Positions 50,511-64,000 of a DNA stretch of 64,000 bases are shown here, one piece after another. The notes under the pieces are model-generated. The model worked only from the letters and a program-made list of their open reading frames with translations. It was not told the DNA's origin and searched no databases. The stretch is from Rhina ancylostomus (lineage: Eukaryota). The stretch is taken from NCBI GenBank assembly GCA_030265395.1, contig JARFYF010000112.1, positions 27,431,872 through 27,495,871 of the forward strand, read 5' to 3'. Within the stretch, counting starts at the first letter, position 1. Each line of letters begins with the position of its first letter. Position numbers and translations under genes: made by a program.

Positions 50511-50825
50511 CTATACAAAGACATTGATGTTTCACAATGCAATTAAGACTGTGATTAACTCATGATATTTTTGTAACCACACTAATAATTGCATTTTTTA
50601 AATTCACTCAACAGTCCAAATTAGTTACTGTTAAAGATGTTGATAATATTATGTTTACAATATGTTCTAGGGCTAATAATGAACACACCAAGAGATAAAC
50701 CTTAATTCCCGCACATTTGAATTAATAAAAGTTTTGTATGTTTTGTATTTGTTTGTGTCATACTGAACAGTATTGTATTTTGAAATTTACTTTTTCAGTT
50801 ACAGCCAAATTTCTTTCTTTTTACA

Positions 50826-51192
50826 ATTTTTTATTAATTCCACAAAAAAAGAGTACATGCATCAAAGAGAGGATAAAAATACTTGCATTAAATCATACCT
50901 GAGATCACAATACTCTAAATTAATAATCACATGTAATAGTTAATAAAGAAAAAGTAGGAATAATTTTATTATTTAAAAAAAAATCTACACCCACTACCAG
51001 AAACTGAAGCTGTTTGGTAAAAGAAAGGACAAGGAAAGATCCTTGAGACATAACAATATCACCCAAAATCTGTACTTTAGGCAGCAAATCAAAGATTTTG
51101 AAAAATAATTCAAAAAAGGTCCCCACAGGGTTTGAAAGTCTAAGTCAGATTCAAGAATTGAACAACGGATCTTCTCTAGGTTCAGGTATGAC
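50826..51192 (-). mobile_element. L1-clade LINE 3' end (ORF2 C-terminus and 3' UTR)
   Basis: Minus strand reads SYLNLEKIRCSILESDLDFQTLWGPFLNYF, like the fish L1 ORF2 terminus (LEKIR...F...W.PF), then an AT-rich UTR ending aataaaaaa. Confidence 0.7.
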
Positions 51193-54100
51193 CGAATTTC
51201 TTAAAAGTTGGAAAGTTTTTGAAAGGGTTAAAAGCAATTGGTCACAAGGCTGGCTCAAAAATGGATCGGCAGGTATGCTTGAGCATTGTATTCACTCTGG
51301 TTTACATTCCTGGAGTGTAACTCATCGTAACCGGGTGGTTCCACTGTACTGACTTGTAGCTTGTGACAAGGCGCCATTGAGCAGGGCCATTTAGAAGAAC
51401 AATTAGCATTTTCAAAGGTAGAGTTGGCCTGCTAACATTACGTGCCCAGTTTAAAATGACATGCATGACAAAATTCAATAGAATGGGCTGATGAGATGAA
51501 AAATTAAGCCTTCCAGAAAGCTACATTTGTAATAGAGGTACTGTTTGTTTGGCTACGGTCAGGACTCTTTAAGACAGCTGGATGATGTAATTGGAAAACA
51601 GGGGGCATGGGGGCAGAGGGTAAACCAGGATGGGGTAAGAAGGACAGCGCTGCTTCAGAAAGATTACATCAAATGTCTCAAAGAGCCTTCTTCGTCTGAA
51701 CTTTCTTTGTGATTGTGAAAGGTTATTGGTTGGAGGGGCTGACAACATTATCCAAGACAATAGGATTGCCAATGTACACTGAAATCTTTGCTGTAATGCC
51801 GAAAATGGTGCAAATGCCTCTCTCCTTAGATAATTTGGCTGAATTCTGCATCACTTCTTCATTGACGATGCATTTTTCACATCGCTTTTGTTTAATGTGC
51901 GCGTGTATTCAGTTTTCAGACTCAGTGGGATGCAAAGCATGTTTCTGTTCAGTTTCTGACTTTACTGTAGTAGTGTTACTGTTCCTTTTAAAGTTTTTAA
52001 AAGTATCTATTCTCAAGGGTTTCTGTCTGGAAATAGTTGGTAATTCAGTTATCATTCAGAATGTAAAACTCAATGGCCAAAATAAACACGGAAATATTTA
52101 TGCTTTCAATTCCCATAAAGTGGAGAATAGGATTATGCTCCTTCGTTCTCAGCCCCTAACCCAGCCCTCCACAGCCTGCCAACCTTGGGGAAACTTGATT
52201 TGCAAGATTGCACAGTAATCTGCCTGGACTGCATGGCTGCAGAAGTTGTGCAATGAAAGGAAGGTCTGTGCTCTGCAGAAAGTGCCTGGAGACGCTGGTG
52301 GAGGTGACCAATGGTCAACTGAAAGCAAATTACCTGCAGGCAACAGAGGGGTGGGTGATCAGAATGGCCATTATATCGAACCGTCCAAACTTGCAGCTGT
52401 CTTTTTCTATCTGACAGGTTGTCGTCTTAAAGACTGAAATGGCAACCTGTCCCTGCGTGACAGCTCTACAAGATTTGAAGCGGGGTAAGCTGCTGTGTGA
52501 AGGTGACATCATTGGAATTCACCGCCAGTGTTGTGCATTAGTATTCCAAACAACAGGCAGCTGAAGGACAGCATCAAATCAATATAATTTTGCTATCCGT
52601 CCGACAGAACAGCACAAATTCATTTCCAAACTGGGAAGAGATTAATCTGACCTGCTGCAAACAATAAAGTTGAGAGTCAAAACTAAAACATCCAGGGTTA
52701 CTTTGTATATATAAAATACACTTCATAAGCACAAGATTACAGATGCAGTGTTTATATGTTGTTTCCATGTTTATGGCATTGACAGGCTATGTTTAAAAAG
52801 TACCAGATGACCCAGGGACCAAGGGGCAAAGGAGCTGCATTCTCTTATTCTCCAGACTATAATTAAGTGACTGCACCTAATCATTTTCCACACAATCGGT
52901 GAGAACATCTGCTAAAGGCAAATCTCAGTTGGACACTTACAATATTAAATGTCACAAAATGCAGCAATTACTAATATCAAGGGAGAGCTTCTCACAACGC
53001 TTCAAGAAAGCAGCAAAGATGGCGAACAAAAGTAGGGGAGTAAGTTGGATTTTGGTTGGTCATAAAACTGAAGTGGGAACAAATGGTTTAAATCTAGGGA
53101 TGAAACAAGACAGATTAGAACACTAAAGCATCAAGTAAACTGCTTCAATAATCCACAATCCGATTGTTTGGAAATCCCGATGGTGAGCCAGACGCTGATT
53201 GTCATGCTCTCCCTTACACACCCAGGCTCCAGTTTCCACAGTTCCTTGAAACTCACCTGGTTCCCTTCCCAGTGCTCCCTTTAAACATGGGGCTCACTGA
53301 AAAAAATATTATTCTACTGTGTAACATGTAATGCAAAAGTGAACTAAAAGTGTGTTGGTGTATTATTGGGATAACGTCTGGAAAATCTGCTCTTCCAGCA
53401 CCTTTGAATTCCCAAGTGTGCCTGATTTGCAGAGTTATTCTCAACTACCTTTAACACTCACAACTGTTTTAAAGTGAATTCCCTGGTCTGTTTTGAAATG
53501 TTGGCAAACTAATCAACGATCCAAGCCTTCACAGCCAAGCCTGACCCTGTCCTCACCTCACAGTCTTAGGCTCGGGTGTGATCAGGATTGGTAAGTGTGA
53601 CCAGTTTCAGCTCCTCCCTGTTTCAGGAAGATAGTTTCAGAGCTCACCAAAGTGCTAACTCAGCACAAGTCTGGCTGGACATTTCCTCATCCCCGGTATC
53701 AGTTCCACATTCACTGAGTTGTTCACTTGCTGACTGAGCAACTTACATCTTTTAAGTGCAGAGTGAAAAGCCCAAAGGGCAGAAACTCTTTCTAAGTTTG
53801 ATTGAGTTTGCAGAAAAAAAAATTTTTGGCAATGCAAAATGTTCGCTTGGCCTCCTGTGCTTTGCTACATTGTTTTAAAGAATGGGCCACCTGACCATAA
53901 GCAAGTGCATAAACAAATGCAAGTATTCCAATTTGCCATCTTTCTACTTGCTCTCTTTTCCAACGTCTTTGTGAATAATGCAGCCATTCCCTGCTTGGAA
54001 GCAAGACTCAATTATAAAGCCCAGTGAGGACAATGTGGCTAATTTAACATTAATATTTATCGCAAAATACATTTTCCTTAATTATCACACAATGGAACTG

Positions 54101-54529
54101 CTTCACTTGAGACAATGGGTCGGCTTTATCATTTGCCATTAACTTGACTTAACATGGTTAAATATGGGCAAACTGAGGTTCAAGCTCCATTCTACAACTA
54201 GGAAGCAAAGACTGTTTACACCAGTCTGTTTCTTTGCATCACACTGTAGGCTTGTAAGGGAGTCTTTAAGCTCCTATGCATGCACTGAACAAATCAGGTC
54301 AATAGAAAGCAGTCACTTTGATTTTAAAAAAAACCTTACTCTTTATAAAGGGGAAATCCATAATAGTAATGATGTCATGTTAGTCAGCTTTTTGATGTTC
54401 CTGCTGCTATTCTTATCGCCTGAGGCTTAACTGTGTTTATGCAGTCAGAGCAACTCCATTATATAGGTCTGAATGGAACATACTGTGAACCAATGTACTA
54501 AGGCTTCTAATTTAGAATAAAATCAGTGG

Positions 54530-54690
54530 AAATGTGAAAGAAAGACTTGCACTTCTCTAACATCTTGACCTACAACACTTTAACCAGTAAATTACTGTTA
54601 AAGTGCAGTTACTCTTGTATGAAATGCAACAGCCAGTTTGTACATAGCAAGCTCCCAACACAACGTAATAAAGACCAAATAACCGGTCTG
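54530..54690 (-). mobile_element. Deu-domain SINE 3' fragment
   Basis: aagaaagacttgcact...aagtgcagttactcttgta...cagccagtttgtacatagcaagctccca. Confidence 0.55.
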
Positions 54691-54759
54691 TGACAATTCC
54701 ATTGTGTGCATAATACAAACAGAAATGGTTGGTAACATTTGGAAAGTCAAGGAGGACTG

Positions 54760-54835
54760 ATGCTACCTAATCTGCTGAGTGTTTTCAGCATCTTCTGGTT
54801 TTATTTCAGATTTCTAGTACATGTGGTTTGTTTTG
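54760..54835 (+). mobile_element. Penelope-type terminal repeat fragment
   Basis: gatgctacctaatctgctgagtgttttcagcatcttctggttttatttcagatttctag matches the 8322 family arm. Confidence 0.65.
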
Positions 54836-57469
54836 ATTTCTACTGTGTACATTATTTTATTGCTGTCAATTCTGGATTATTTATTTCCTCCAGAAATGAA
54901 GTTGGCTGCCAAGAAATCTTTCAAAATTATAACATACCTTTTTTTTTGGATAATATGTATTGCACTGTCAGGGATGCTATCTTTTGGAAGAAAAGTTAAA
55001 CAAAGACTTCATCTTCCCTATATCAAGGAAGAAGCACTAGTTTAAAGAGTAGTGAAGTTTTTCCTAGTGTCTTGACCATGTTTGTCCGTACAAACATCAC
55101 TTAAAATGAGGATGAACTGGTCTTGTATCTTGTTGGTATCTGTGAGAAATTGCATGCAAATTGGCTGCTTCATTTCCCACATCAGATCTGCGATTATACT
55201 ACAGTATTTCAATAGCTCTAAAGCACTTTGGGACTTCCTAAGATTATGAAAGATGGTATCTGTCACCCTTTCTCTTTTTTTCTTTCTTAACCAAAATTAT
55301 ACTGCTTTCTCCTTGACACTGTACATGTGGAGAAATAGAAATTATACCCAAATCTCTGTTCACTTTTGTCCAAGATTTAAATTTAATGTTAAGATGTCTG
55401 GTTAATGGTTGGTAAGCTGGGGAATAAACCCAACTTGTAAATAAGACCTCAAAAGTATCCAGGTACCTCTCCATGCCTTCCACATATGCTTGATCCTCTT
55501 AAATTTTCTTGACTTGTGTGTTTCCCAAATAACAAGGACTTAGAGCAGCAAAAAAAAGTCATGCTGTTTCTTTGAGTGTCAAGTAGAAACTATGTGCAAA
55601 AACCACATAGTGCACTTCAGAGGAGACGGCTGTGCACAACATAAGGTTGAAATAAATGATGCCTTGAGAAAGTAAAAAGGGCATATTTTATTGGATTACA
55701 ACATTGTCTGCCTACTTTTGAGTTTACATACTAATGAAAATTACAGCAATTCCTCGATTTATGAAAGGGATGCATTTCTGGAAAAGCTTCATTACTCTAA
55801 ATTTTGTAAATCTAAAGGACTGGTCAAAATGTCTTTTGGGTATTTTAGTACCATGCATTCCTTTGCCGAGAGAATGATATGCTCTTTGTCACAGTGAAAA
55901 ATGCACTTGTAAATTGCAGGCACTTACACCAAAGATTTAAAGGCATTATAACAAAAATTTCTAAATTGAATGTTTATTTGTCGAGGGTTGTCTGTAACGA
56001 TGTTATGGAAATATTGTCCATGCCATAGAAAAAAGTTGAGCCGGTACTTCAATAAAAAATCAAGAAGAAGTTGTACATTAATTGACAGAGTCATTAAGAA
56101 GGCTGCTCACCACAACAACCCCCACACGCCACCCCCTCCACTGATTCACATATCATATCAATGGGTTCATGGTAGTCTATTGACCATATGATGGACCTTG
56201 AGGATGGCAGAAATAGAGAGGAGAGGGACCAAAGAGCAACATTTCCTGAACTTATCTTTAAGCATGGCTGTTATTCTTTGGAAGTGTAAAGAGGAAATCT
56301 ATGTATCTGCAAGTTCTGCATTTGTCATGGGAAGATAATGTGGTTGCATGAGGTCAGAATGCAAAGTTATGCCAGCACAAGTGTTCACAACTGTTTAATA
56401 GACACCACCCATACCAAACAATAGCCAACTCAAAAATACTAACAAACATTGCAATGTTGTGGATTCAGACCCAATCACTCAGTCTGCAATTTTGAAAATG
56501 ACTTGCATTTATATGGCACCTTTCACAACCTCGTGTTGCATACTGCTATACAACCAAATGAGCAAATAATCATAACGAGATGACTTTACACCTCAAACTC
56601 AGTAAACATTTATAAAATTCTAATAAATTTGTAGAGAATTATACTTACAGAGTACAGGACAACTCACTAGACTGTGAACAGGAGCAGGAACAGGAACACA
56701 GGCTGATTTCCTTTAGTCCCCCCTTTTCACCTATGCCTCACTTTTGCAACAACTGTACCTTAGCCCCAGCAAACACACTTCGGATGCCTCATTTCTCTCA
56801 TGGAGAGTTCCCCCTCAGCAGTCAGGGAACCTTTTAATTGCAAAGAAAATCCCATTACAAAACTGTGTGATGAGCTGTTAGAATCCACATGACCAGGTTG
56901 CGAACAAAAAGCAAAATCAAAAGCAATCATCTTTGGTGCTGATGCTGAAAAAGAAAGGTTGGAGAACCTGAGAACACAAACTACACATAACTGAAAGTTT
57001 TTGCATATCCACCTTTGAACATTAACATCTCATTTCAAGGGGCAGACCTTGCCCAAAGGCGCACTTAAGAAAATTTATGTAATTGAACATGTATTACAGG
57101 TACAAGGCTAAAAATCTAAACCAAAATCCCTTTGTCAGTGGATGTCACAAAATGTCCTTTGACTTAACTGATCTGTGACGATGGTCACGAGCTCCTCCAC
57201 CTGTTCTGTTCCTAACTCTATCTCTTTCCATCAATTATCAAATCTTTAAACATTGACGTGATCTCTGCCCATATCACTGACTCTGCAAGGATTTTCTACA
57301 AACCTTTTGTATTTAAAGTTTCTCCTGTCTGGGTTGAAGCAGGCATTTATGCATATCTTTAAATGCAATCACTGGAAACAAAAGGCTTTTACTCATTTCT
57401 TACATTTTATCTCTTCATTATTTTAAGCATCCTTCTCAAATCACCTGTGACTGCTTTTAATTCCTTCTT

Positions 57470-57990
57470 GAGATGTGGAATTTGCTCACAAGCCTAGTAT
57501 TTATGCTCCTTCTGAGCTGCCCTTGAAAAGGTTGTTGTATGTCACGTTCTCAAGTCCCTGAAGTTCTTGTGGTGAAAGTACTCCAACAGTGTTGTTGTTG
57601 GGTAGGGAGATGCAGAATTTTGATCCGGCAATGAAGAAGAAGCTGTGACATATTTCCAAGTGAGGATGGTGTGTGATTGACTTGAAACGTGAAGTGGTGA
57701 CAGTCTCAAGCACTCCCTTTTTCTTTAAGTGGTTGAGGTTGTTGATTTTGGAGGTGCAGACAAACACACAGCAAGTTACTATATTTTATCTTCTAGGCTG
57801 TATAAACTATGGTAACAATACACTCATGGTGTAGGGTATAAACGTTTTAAATTGGTGGGTAGTGGACAGAGAAAGATGTTCTGTCCCTTGTTGGTGTTGT
57901 GGTTCTTGAGCTGCACCCAGTTAGCTAAGTAAAGACTATTCATCCCATTCCTGACTAGCATCTTGTGGGTTGTGGAGACTTTGGAGTAAC
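57470..57990 (-). mobile_element. CR1/L2-clade LINE 3' fragment
   Basis: gtagggagatgcagaattttgatccggcaatgaagaag...atatttccaagtgaggatggtgtgtga is the reverse complement of the family at 59440-59510. Confidence 0.65.
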
Positions 57991-58089
57991 AGGAGGCTTA
58001 CCCCAAGAATAGATGTGGGGGAAAAGCTTCCTCTTGCTAACACTCAGTTTTATAAATCCAATTTGGGAGTTCAGGAGAAATGTCTTAAT

Positions 58090-59520
58090 GGACAGTGTGT
58101 GGACTCTCTCACACACAGAATATAACATCATTAGTGATGCTGGAATCTAGTAACATGAGTACAAGAGATAAGGCTAAACATTTTGCAGCCATCCCCTGCC
58201 AGAAGTGTCAAGTCGATCAGCCACCTTGGCTTCCTCCTGATCATAAGAAGCCAGGATTCGGTCAACCAGGTTCACTTCATATGATAGCTAGAAATGAATG
58301 TGCNNNNNNNNNNNNNNNNNNNNNNNNNNNNNNNNNNNNNNNNNNNNNNNNNNNNNNNNNNNNNNNNNNNNNNNNNNNNNNNNNNNNNNNNNNNNNNNNN
58401 NNNNNNNNNNNNNNNNNNNNNNNNNNNNNNNNNNNNNNNNNNNNNNNNNNNNNNNNNNNNNNNNNNNNNNNNNNNNNNNNNNNNNNNNNNNNNNNNNNNN
58501 NNNNNNNNNNNNNNNNNNAAAACAATAACAGTACAGAGTAAAGTGTCACAGCTACAGAGAAAGTGCAGTGCAATAAGGTGCAAGGTCACAATGAGATAGA
58601 TCGTGAGGTCAGAGACCTCATTATAGTCTTGGTCCAAACACGAATAAAAGAGCAAAATTCCTGTGGTGAATTGAAAGGTATCGCATTTATTTTTGAGCAA
58701 GTGAGACATCAAGAATCTCTGGTATAATTGAGGCAATGTGAATCCAGTAAAATCCAGTCATATCTAGTACTAGGGAAGATGGTTATGGTGGTTTGAGGCC
58801 AATCACCTCAACTCCGCATATCAAGAGTTCCCTTGGACATCTTTGGTTACCTAGGCTCACCATCTTTAGTTTTTTATCAATGGTCCTTCCGTTATAAGTC
58901 TACTGATTACTGCAGAATTGTGCCACACAAATGACAATAAGCATCTTCGACAAATGGTATGACAACCTCCCCATGTCATTCAATGGCCCCACCTTTGTCA
59001 AATCAACTACAATGAACATCGTGGAGGTCACCATTGACCAGAAACTTAACCGTACAAGCCATATAAATACAGGGGCTAGAGAAGCAGGTCGGAGGTTATA
59101 CATTCTAGGGTGAGTGACTTACCTCCTGACTCACCAAACACTTTCCATCATTCACCAGGCACAAGTAAGGAGCATGATGGAACATTCTCCGATTGCCTGG
59201 ATGAGTGCAAAGTCAGCAATATTAAAGAACTATACACCATCTAGGACAAAGCTGCCTGAGCCATTTACATCTTATCTATGGTAGTAGACTTTCAATCCCC
59301 TCCAAAACTGGTACAACCATCTACAAAACCCACTGCCACAACTTAAAAGTCCTCAGTAGCACTTCTCAAACCCACAACCTTCATCATTAGTGGACAAGTA
59401 CGCTACGTGAACAGAAACACCAGCAATTCCTTTCAAGTCAAAACCTGTCCTGACTTGGAAATATATCCCTGTTCTTTCATCATTGCTGGCTTAAAATCCT
59501 GGAACTTTACCATCACAAGG
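58090..59520 (+). mobile_element. CR1/L2-clade LINE fossil with gap and nested insertion
   Basis: gatggttatggtggtttgaggccaatca...gagttcccttgg...gtcaccattgaccagaaacttaac (VTIDQKLN)...caggcacaagtaaggagcatgatggaa. Confidence 0.75.
58519..58627 (-). mobile_element. Young Rex-like 3' fragment nested in the LINE fossil, beside a gap
   Basis: aaaacaataacagtacagagtaaagtgtcacagctacagagaaagtgcagtgcaataaggtgcaagg interrupts the host LINE. Confidence 0.5.
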
Positions 59521-62500
59521 CAGGTAATGCCATTCTCTTGGTCGTTAAAATGTTGCTCTAACACTGAAAGTTTCTGATTAATATTGTCTACTTCTATATA
59601 TTTAGGCCATGCTTGAACTATACTATGCCATTGCTTCTAAACTTACAATAAACAAATCATTGGATGAGGCAAATTTTTAATTAAAAGTAGAATGAACATA
59701 AATGTGCAATTTCTATATAATGCTATTCATTATTAAATAATATTCCAAGGACTGGCATAAAATCTTCTGTGGTCTTGCATCCATCTTTATACACAGAATA
59801 TCCTACAATGTGGTGATACTGAATATCCAGCAACCAGGCAAGTGTTGCCACCATTAAATTACAGCTTCCAAACAACCTTGAAAGCAAGGACATGTGGTTG
59901 TTTATGAGGACAGTTAGTTCAGTGGAAAACTAAGAGAGATTGCAGTTTGAAATATGTCCACAGTCACTTTCATAACAATTACTTATGGCAGTCACCACCT
60001 TTGCTTTGAAACTTAAAAAGGAATCAAATACAATTGGGTTCTGTTTCCCAATGCCTTGCAATAACTGACCCAAGGTGAGTCTTTGTCAGAAGTAAATTTT
60101 CATTTTGACGAGAATACCAACATTCAAACCCAACACTTCAATAAGGAACAGAATGTATTGGAGGAGTGAGTGCAGACTTGTTACTCAATTGTGCCATATC
60201 TGAATGTGCGTCATAAATATGAGTTATGGACATTTGTAATACTTGAAAGAAAGACTGGTTACCTTTCTAGCAAACTAACCTCGGCTGGGTTTCATTCTAG
60301 AACAACTCTAAGGCAAGACTGCACAGTGATTCTCCTCATTAAAAATAGGCTAATTTTAATTGGGCTACATGTTTGCTCTGAAAGCCTTTTATGACATCTC
60401 AAAATACTTTACAGCCATTGGGAGTGGAGTCACTACTGTCATGGAGAAAATGTCACAAACAATTTGAGGCTTGTTTTCTAAACAAGTACAACTGCTTACA
60501 TTGTTCTCAATGCACACCTGAAAGGGGCATTTGACTGCAATGCAGGGCTCCAAATACTGCAGGCACTCAAGCCCTTAAATACACCTCCCTGGCAATTTCT
60601 TCCACGATTACCACCTCTATTGTCATATGTTTCTCTCCACTATTTTTTTTACTCACTTTCAATCTGATGAACATGGAACCACACTTGTTGCATGATTGCT
60701 TTTGGTTTTCCTGGCAGCTTAATTTTAATGGGGGGGGGGGAAGAGTCAGGTTACTTGCGATTTGTTTGGCAGAGGGCTATGCAGCACTCTGCCTAATAAC
60801 TATGGAAGATATGTGTTCTGCCTTCAAACAATGCTCAAGTGGAGCCTTCTGCTTGAGTGAACAGTGCCAGTCATAATACAGACTAATATGATTGAAAATA
60901 AATCCAGAAACCAATTTTGGGTGTTACTTTACTGTTGTCACCAAAACACATCATCAGGGTAACCAAATTTCTCACACAAAAAATCCCTACCTTATTAAAG
61001 GCTTGGAAATATGTGCAAAATTGGTTAAAGCAATGTTAGGGTGCTTTACATCCACACAATTTCTAAGCCAAATTGTCATTCAACAAGCAGCCCGATTGGA
61101 CTTATTACATCATAATCATGTATTACATCATGCTGTGCATGCATTANNNNNNNNNNAGCGACACAACACCAACTACATCTAGTTCTTGACATTGCAGCAA
61201 ATGGCCAGAATCTGCAAAAAGCCAGATGTGAACACCCATTAAGTTGGACTCACTAGCAGACTGTCTCTTGTGTACGTGTCATTTTGCTCCTGGTGAGTTC
61301 TCCTCTTATATAAAGAAATATACAGATAAATCTGGTTGAAACGTGTCTGGTTTAATTGGTGGAGCAGGAATTCCAACAGCACCCTCTTCATCGTTCACTT
61401 CCGTGCCCTGCCCTTACTCGCTCTGCTTCACACTCATGATTAATCAGCTACAGAGCTGTAAATATTGTAATTGCCTCGCCTGAAACTCTGGTGCCTTGTG
61501 CGCTGGAGATCAGACACCAGCCAACGAGGTACTTACTGACTCTGGAATCACATCTGTTATAGTTTGGGAAAAGGACCCGAGCCTGCGGGGTTTTTCCAAA
61601 AATTAAACTGTGCATGGGGGATTTGAGTCCTTACACTTCCCCAGTGTCAAACCTTACAATGGAATGCAGGTTTTAAATCATTCAGAGGCCTACTTCCCAA
61701 TAATTTCCTTCTCCTTCCTTAAGATTCTTCCTAAAACCCAGCCTTCTGACTATCACATGTGGTAAAAGTTCCTAATGTAGCTCAGCAACAAATTTTGTTT
61801 ATCATTCCTGTGGATGATTTTACTACATTAAAGCTGCTAAATAAATGCAATAAATCTTTATTGAGGAAACATTCCTGGTTGCTGTTTCATCAATGGGCAG
61901 GGCTTAAATAAAAAGGAGCCACTGCCAGTCAAACAGAGCACCCACTGCACCCTTACCTTCCATTTTACTCTTTCCTTCTGCCAATATAAAATAGTTTTTA
62001 TATCAACGTTCTGCAGTGTGCACCTGGGCATTCCTTTTCTTAAATGCCTTATTGTTAGACATATTTTAAGTAAGTAGAAAACCATGTTGATGCAAAATTT
62101 GTGCAAAGGAAAGACAGAAAATGTTTCTGCCACGAACTGCACAATTTGACCCTGGCAGTATACTATACTGATGGGTACTCCACATCCATTCAGAAGCAGC
62201 AACGGTCTCCAATAAGATAACCACCATTGTACTTTGTTCCAAATGGGTGAAGTATCCATGAGCCCGTGATTGCTAATGAGAGCTCAATGGTTCTCTTTGC
62301 AACAGTCCAACTCAGTTGTGACTGTAAGCAAGACAGCTGTTGACGTGGATCAATGTTTGGAATGCCTCTGTACACGGCAGGCAGATAGGACTGCGACCAG
62401 GAAAGCAAGAGCTAAAAAGAAGCACAATTAAAAAAGAGATATTAACCAGTCTAACATCTTCAAATTTGTGTCAAGAGGTATAGGAAAAACAAATACATCT

Positions 62501-63396
62501 TCCCGCAAAGGGGGAATAAATGAAACTGATTCTCAAGACAGACAATTTGGCTCACTTTCATGCCTGGGGTTCCCACAGGAAACAAGAAGAATGATACGTC
62601 TGGCATCTGGAATGGAAACAGATTCTGGAAGAAAAAACCTTTCAAAGCTTCATGGCTTTCACATTGCTTCCTGAGCCTTGTGTCATTAGCTGAGTTTTTT
62701 TTCTGGCCCTGTATCTTCCCTCAAGCCTTAATTCACTATCTGTGCCTTTCCTTAAACACTAATCAATTTTGATGATGCAAGTCCCAAAACATTCACAACC
62801 CTAAATAAAATTTCAGCATCACCATAAAAACCAAGCTCAAGGACACAAGTAAAATTCAGATTCATTCTAAACCACTCCAAATATCCATCAGCTAATCTCG
62901 GCATCACAGGGCTCATTAGGAGTACATCTCATCCATTATTGTTACTCTATTAACACTTATGCTGAATTCATGCAGTACAGTGGAACTAAATGAATATATT
63001 CTAATGCATAAAACATCTGGATACCAACTTGTACAACGTAATAAGGCTGGCAACTGTTTTAATGTAATTCTGTTTTCAAAGTTTTGATATAATGATTTAC
63101 AAAATCCTGCTGGGCATCATTAGGCCTGAAATAAAATACCAATATAATGGTTTCCACTCCAGACCCTTATTCCTGCTATTTTAGATTTCATTATGGGAAG
63201 ACTTAACAAAACAAAGAAAATTATAAAAATTGCTTTCATCCTTATATTAATCAAAGAAGTTAACATGTGTTCCATATCTAAGCAGGTCAAATAATTTGCT
63301 ACATTTATTGCCAACCTTACAGCTGGTATAATTTCTGAATCCCAGTCTTTTCCCTCTGGATCAGACCCACCCTGGAGATACACCTGGCTTCCATGG

Positions 63397-63417
63397 GGCC
63401 AGCCACCTGGTGGCTAG
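63397..63417. promoter_or_regulatory. Candidate CTCF site (palindromic)
   Basis: Minus strand reads tagCCACCAGGTGGCtgg, close to the CTCF core CCACCAGG(G/T)GGC. Confidence 0.4.
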
Positions 63418-64000
63418 GAGGAACATCTGCAAACCACAAAAGAACTAAGTAGCCTGCATTCAAATCTTGGGCAGCCCTGGGTTTCATCAAATGGATACTC
63501 CATTGCTTATCTACTCCCTATTCAACAGGAAATGGATTCAAACACCATTTTTTGTTTGTTTGTTTTCACACATGTGTGTGTTTCTTTTGGTGGTTAAGAT
63601 GATGAAAATCGAAATATAACAAGTATTCTGCAATATCCTGGCTAACAAGTTACAGTGACATACTAATAAACACTTATAATTATATCATGAGCTGTAATTA
63701 AAGAAGCATCTTTAACCTTTATTTTATATTAGCATTTAACCTTTTAACTTTAATGAACAACATATTTTCCATTTGTCATCCAATTAGCAAACTCTAAACC
63801 ATACTTTACATGGAACTAGAAAATTGAAGAGAAGCAATGGTATGTCAGAGGAACATCTCAATTAACTGTGTCTTTAGTGAAGCAACCTGAAGTATGTCAA
63901 CATTCTGCTGTGTGCTAGAGTGTTCCAAGGAAGTGGCTCATATATGTTGCGTGAACATAGTAAGAACCTGATCATGACACTATTTGCAATGGTAAATGCT

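Noticed and set aside
51709-52218. 169-aa hydrophobic plus-strand ORF
   Set aside because: GTG start, T-rich composition and no recognisable homology.
36110-64000. Expected TNRC18 start exon (MDGRDF...)
   Set aside because: No matching minus-strand ORF seen. It probably lies beyond the window, or possibly in a gap.
1-64000. CRISPR array, operon or other prokaryotic or viral system
   Set aside because: No regularly spaced repeat-spacer array, no dense ORFs and no viral hallmark genes. The content is explained by a spliced vertebrate gene plus transposable elements.

Overview
Vertebrate genomic DNA, almost certainly from a cartilaginous fish (shark or ray, judged from the repeat repertoire), in a gapped draft assembly. 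The whole window lies inside one minus-strand gene, TNRC18 (BAH-domain H3K9me3 reader, paralog of BAHCC1). Five consecutive coding exons can be reconstructed with canonical GT-AG sites and matching phases: 36109-35933, 21577-21452, 16988-15165, 8741-8651 and 990-785 (2424 nt, about 808 codons). The ATG exon was not found (probably beyond 64000) and the 3' exons with the BAH domain lie beyond position 1. The introns hold decayed transposable elements: tRNA-derived V-SINEs, Deu-type SINEs, RTE, CR1, L2, L1 and Rex-like LINE fragments, a PIF/Harbinger transposase fossil, and several Penelope-type terminal repeats, some palindromic, that carry minimal hammerhead-ribozyme motifs. I find no convincing new multi-gene system. 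The best leads are the hammerhead-bearing palindromes, inverted SINE pairs bracketing exons, a double hairpin written into an RTE fossil, and direct repeats flanking the 100-N gaps. All homology calls come from recall of family motifs, not from searches, and repeat boundaries are approximate.
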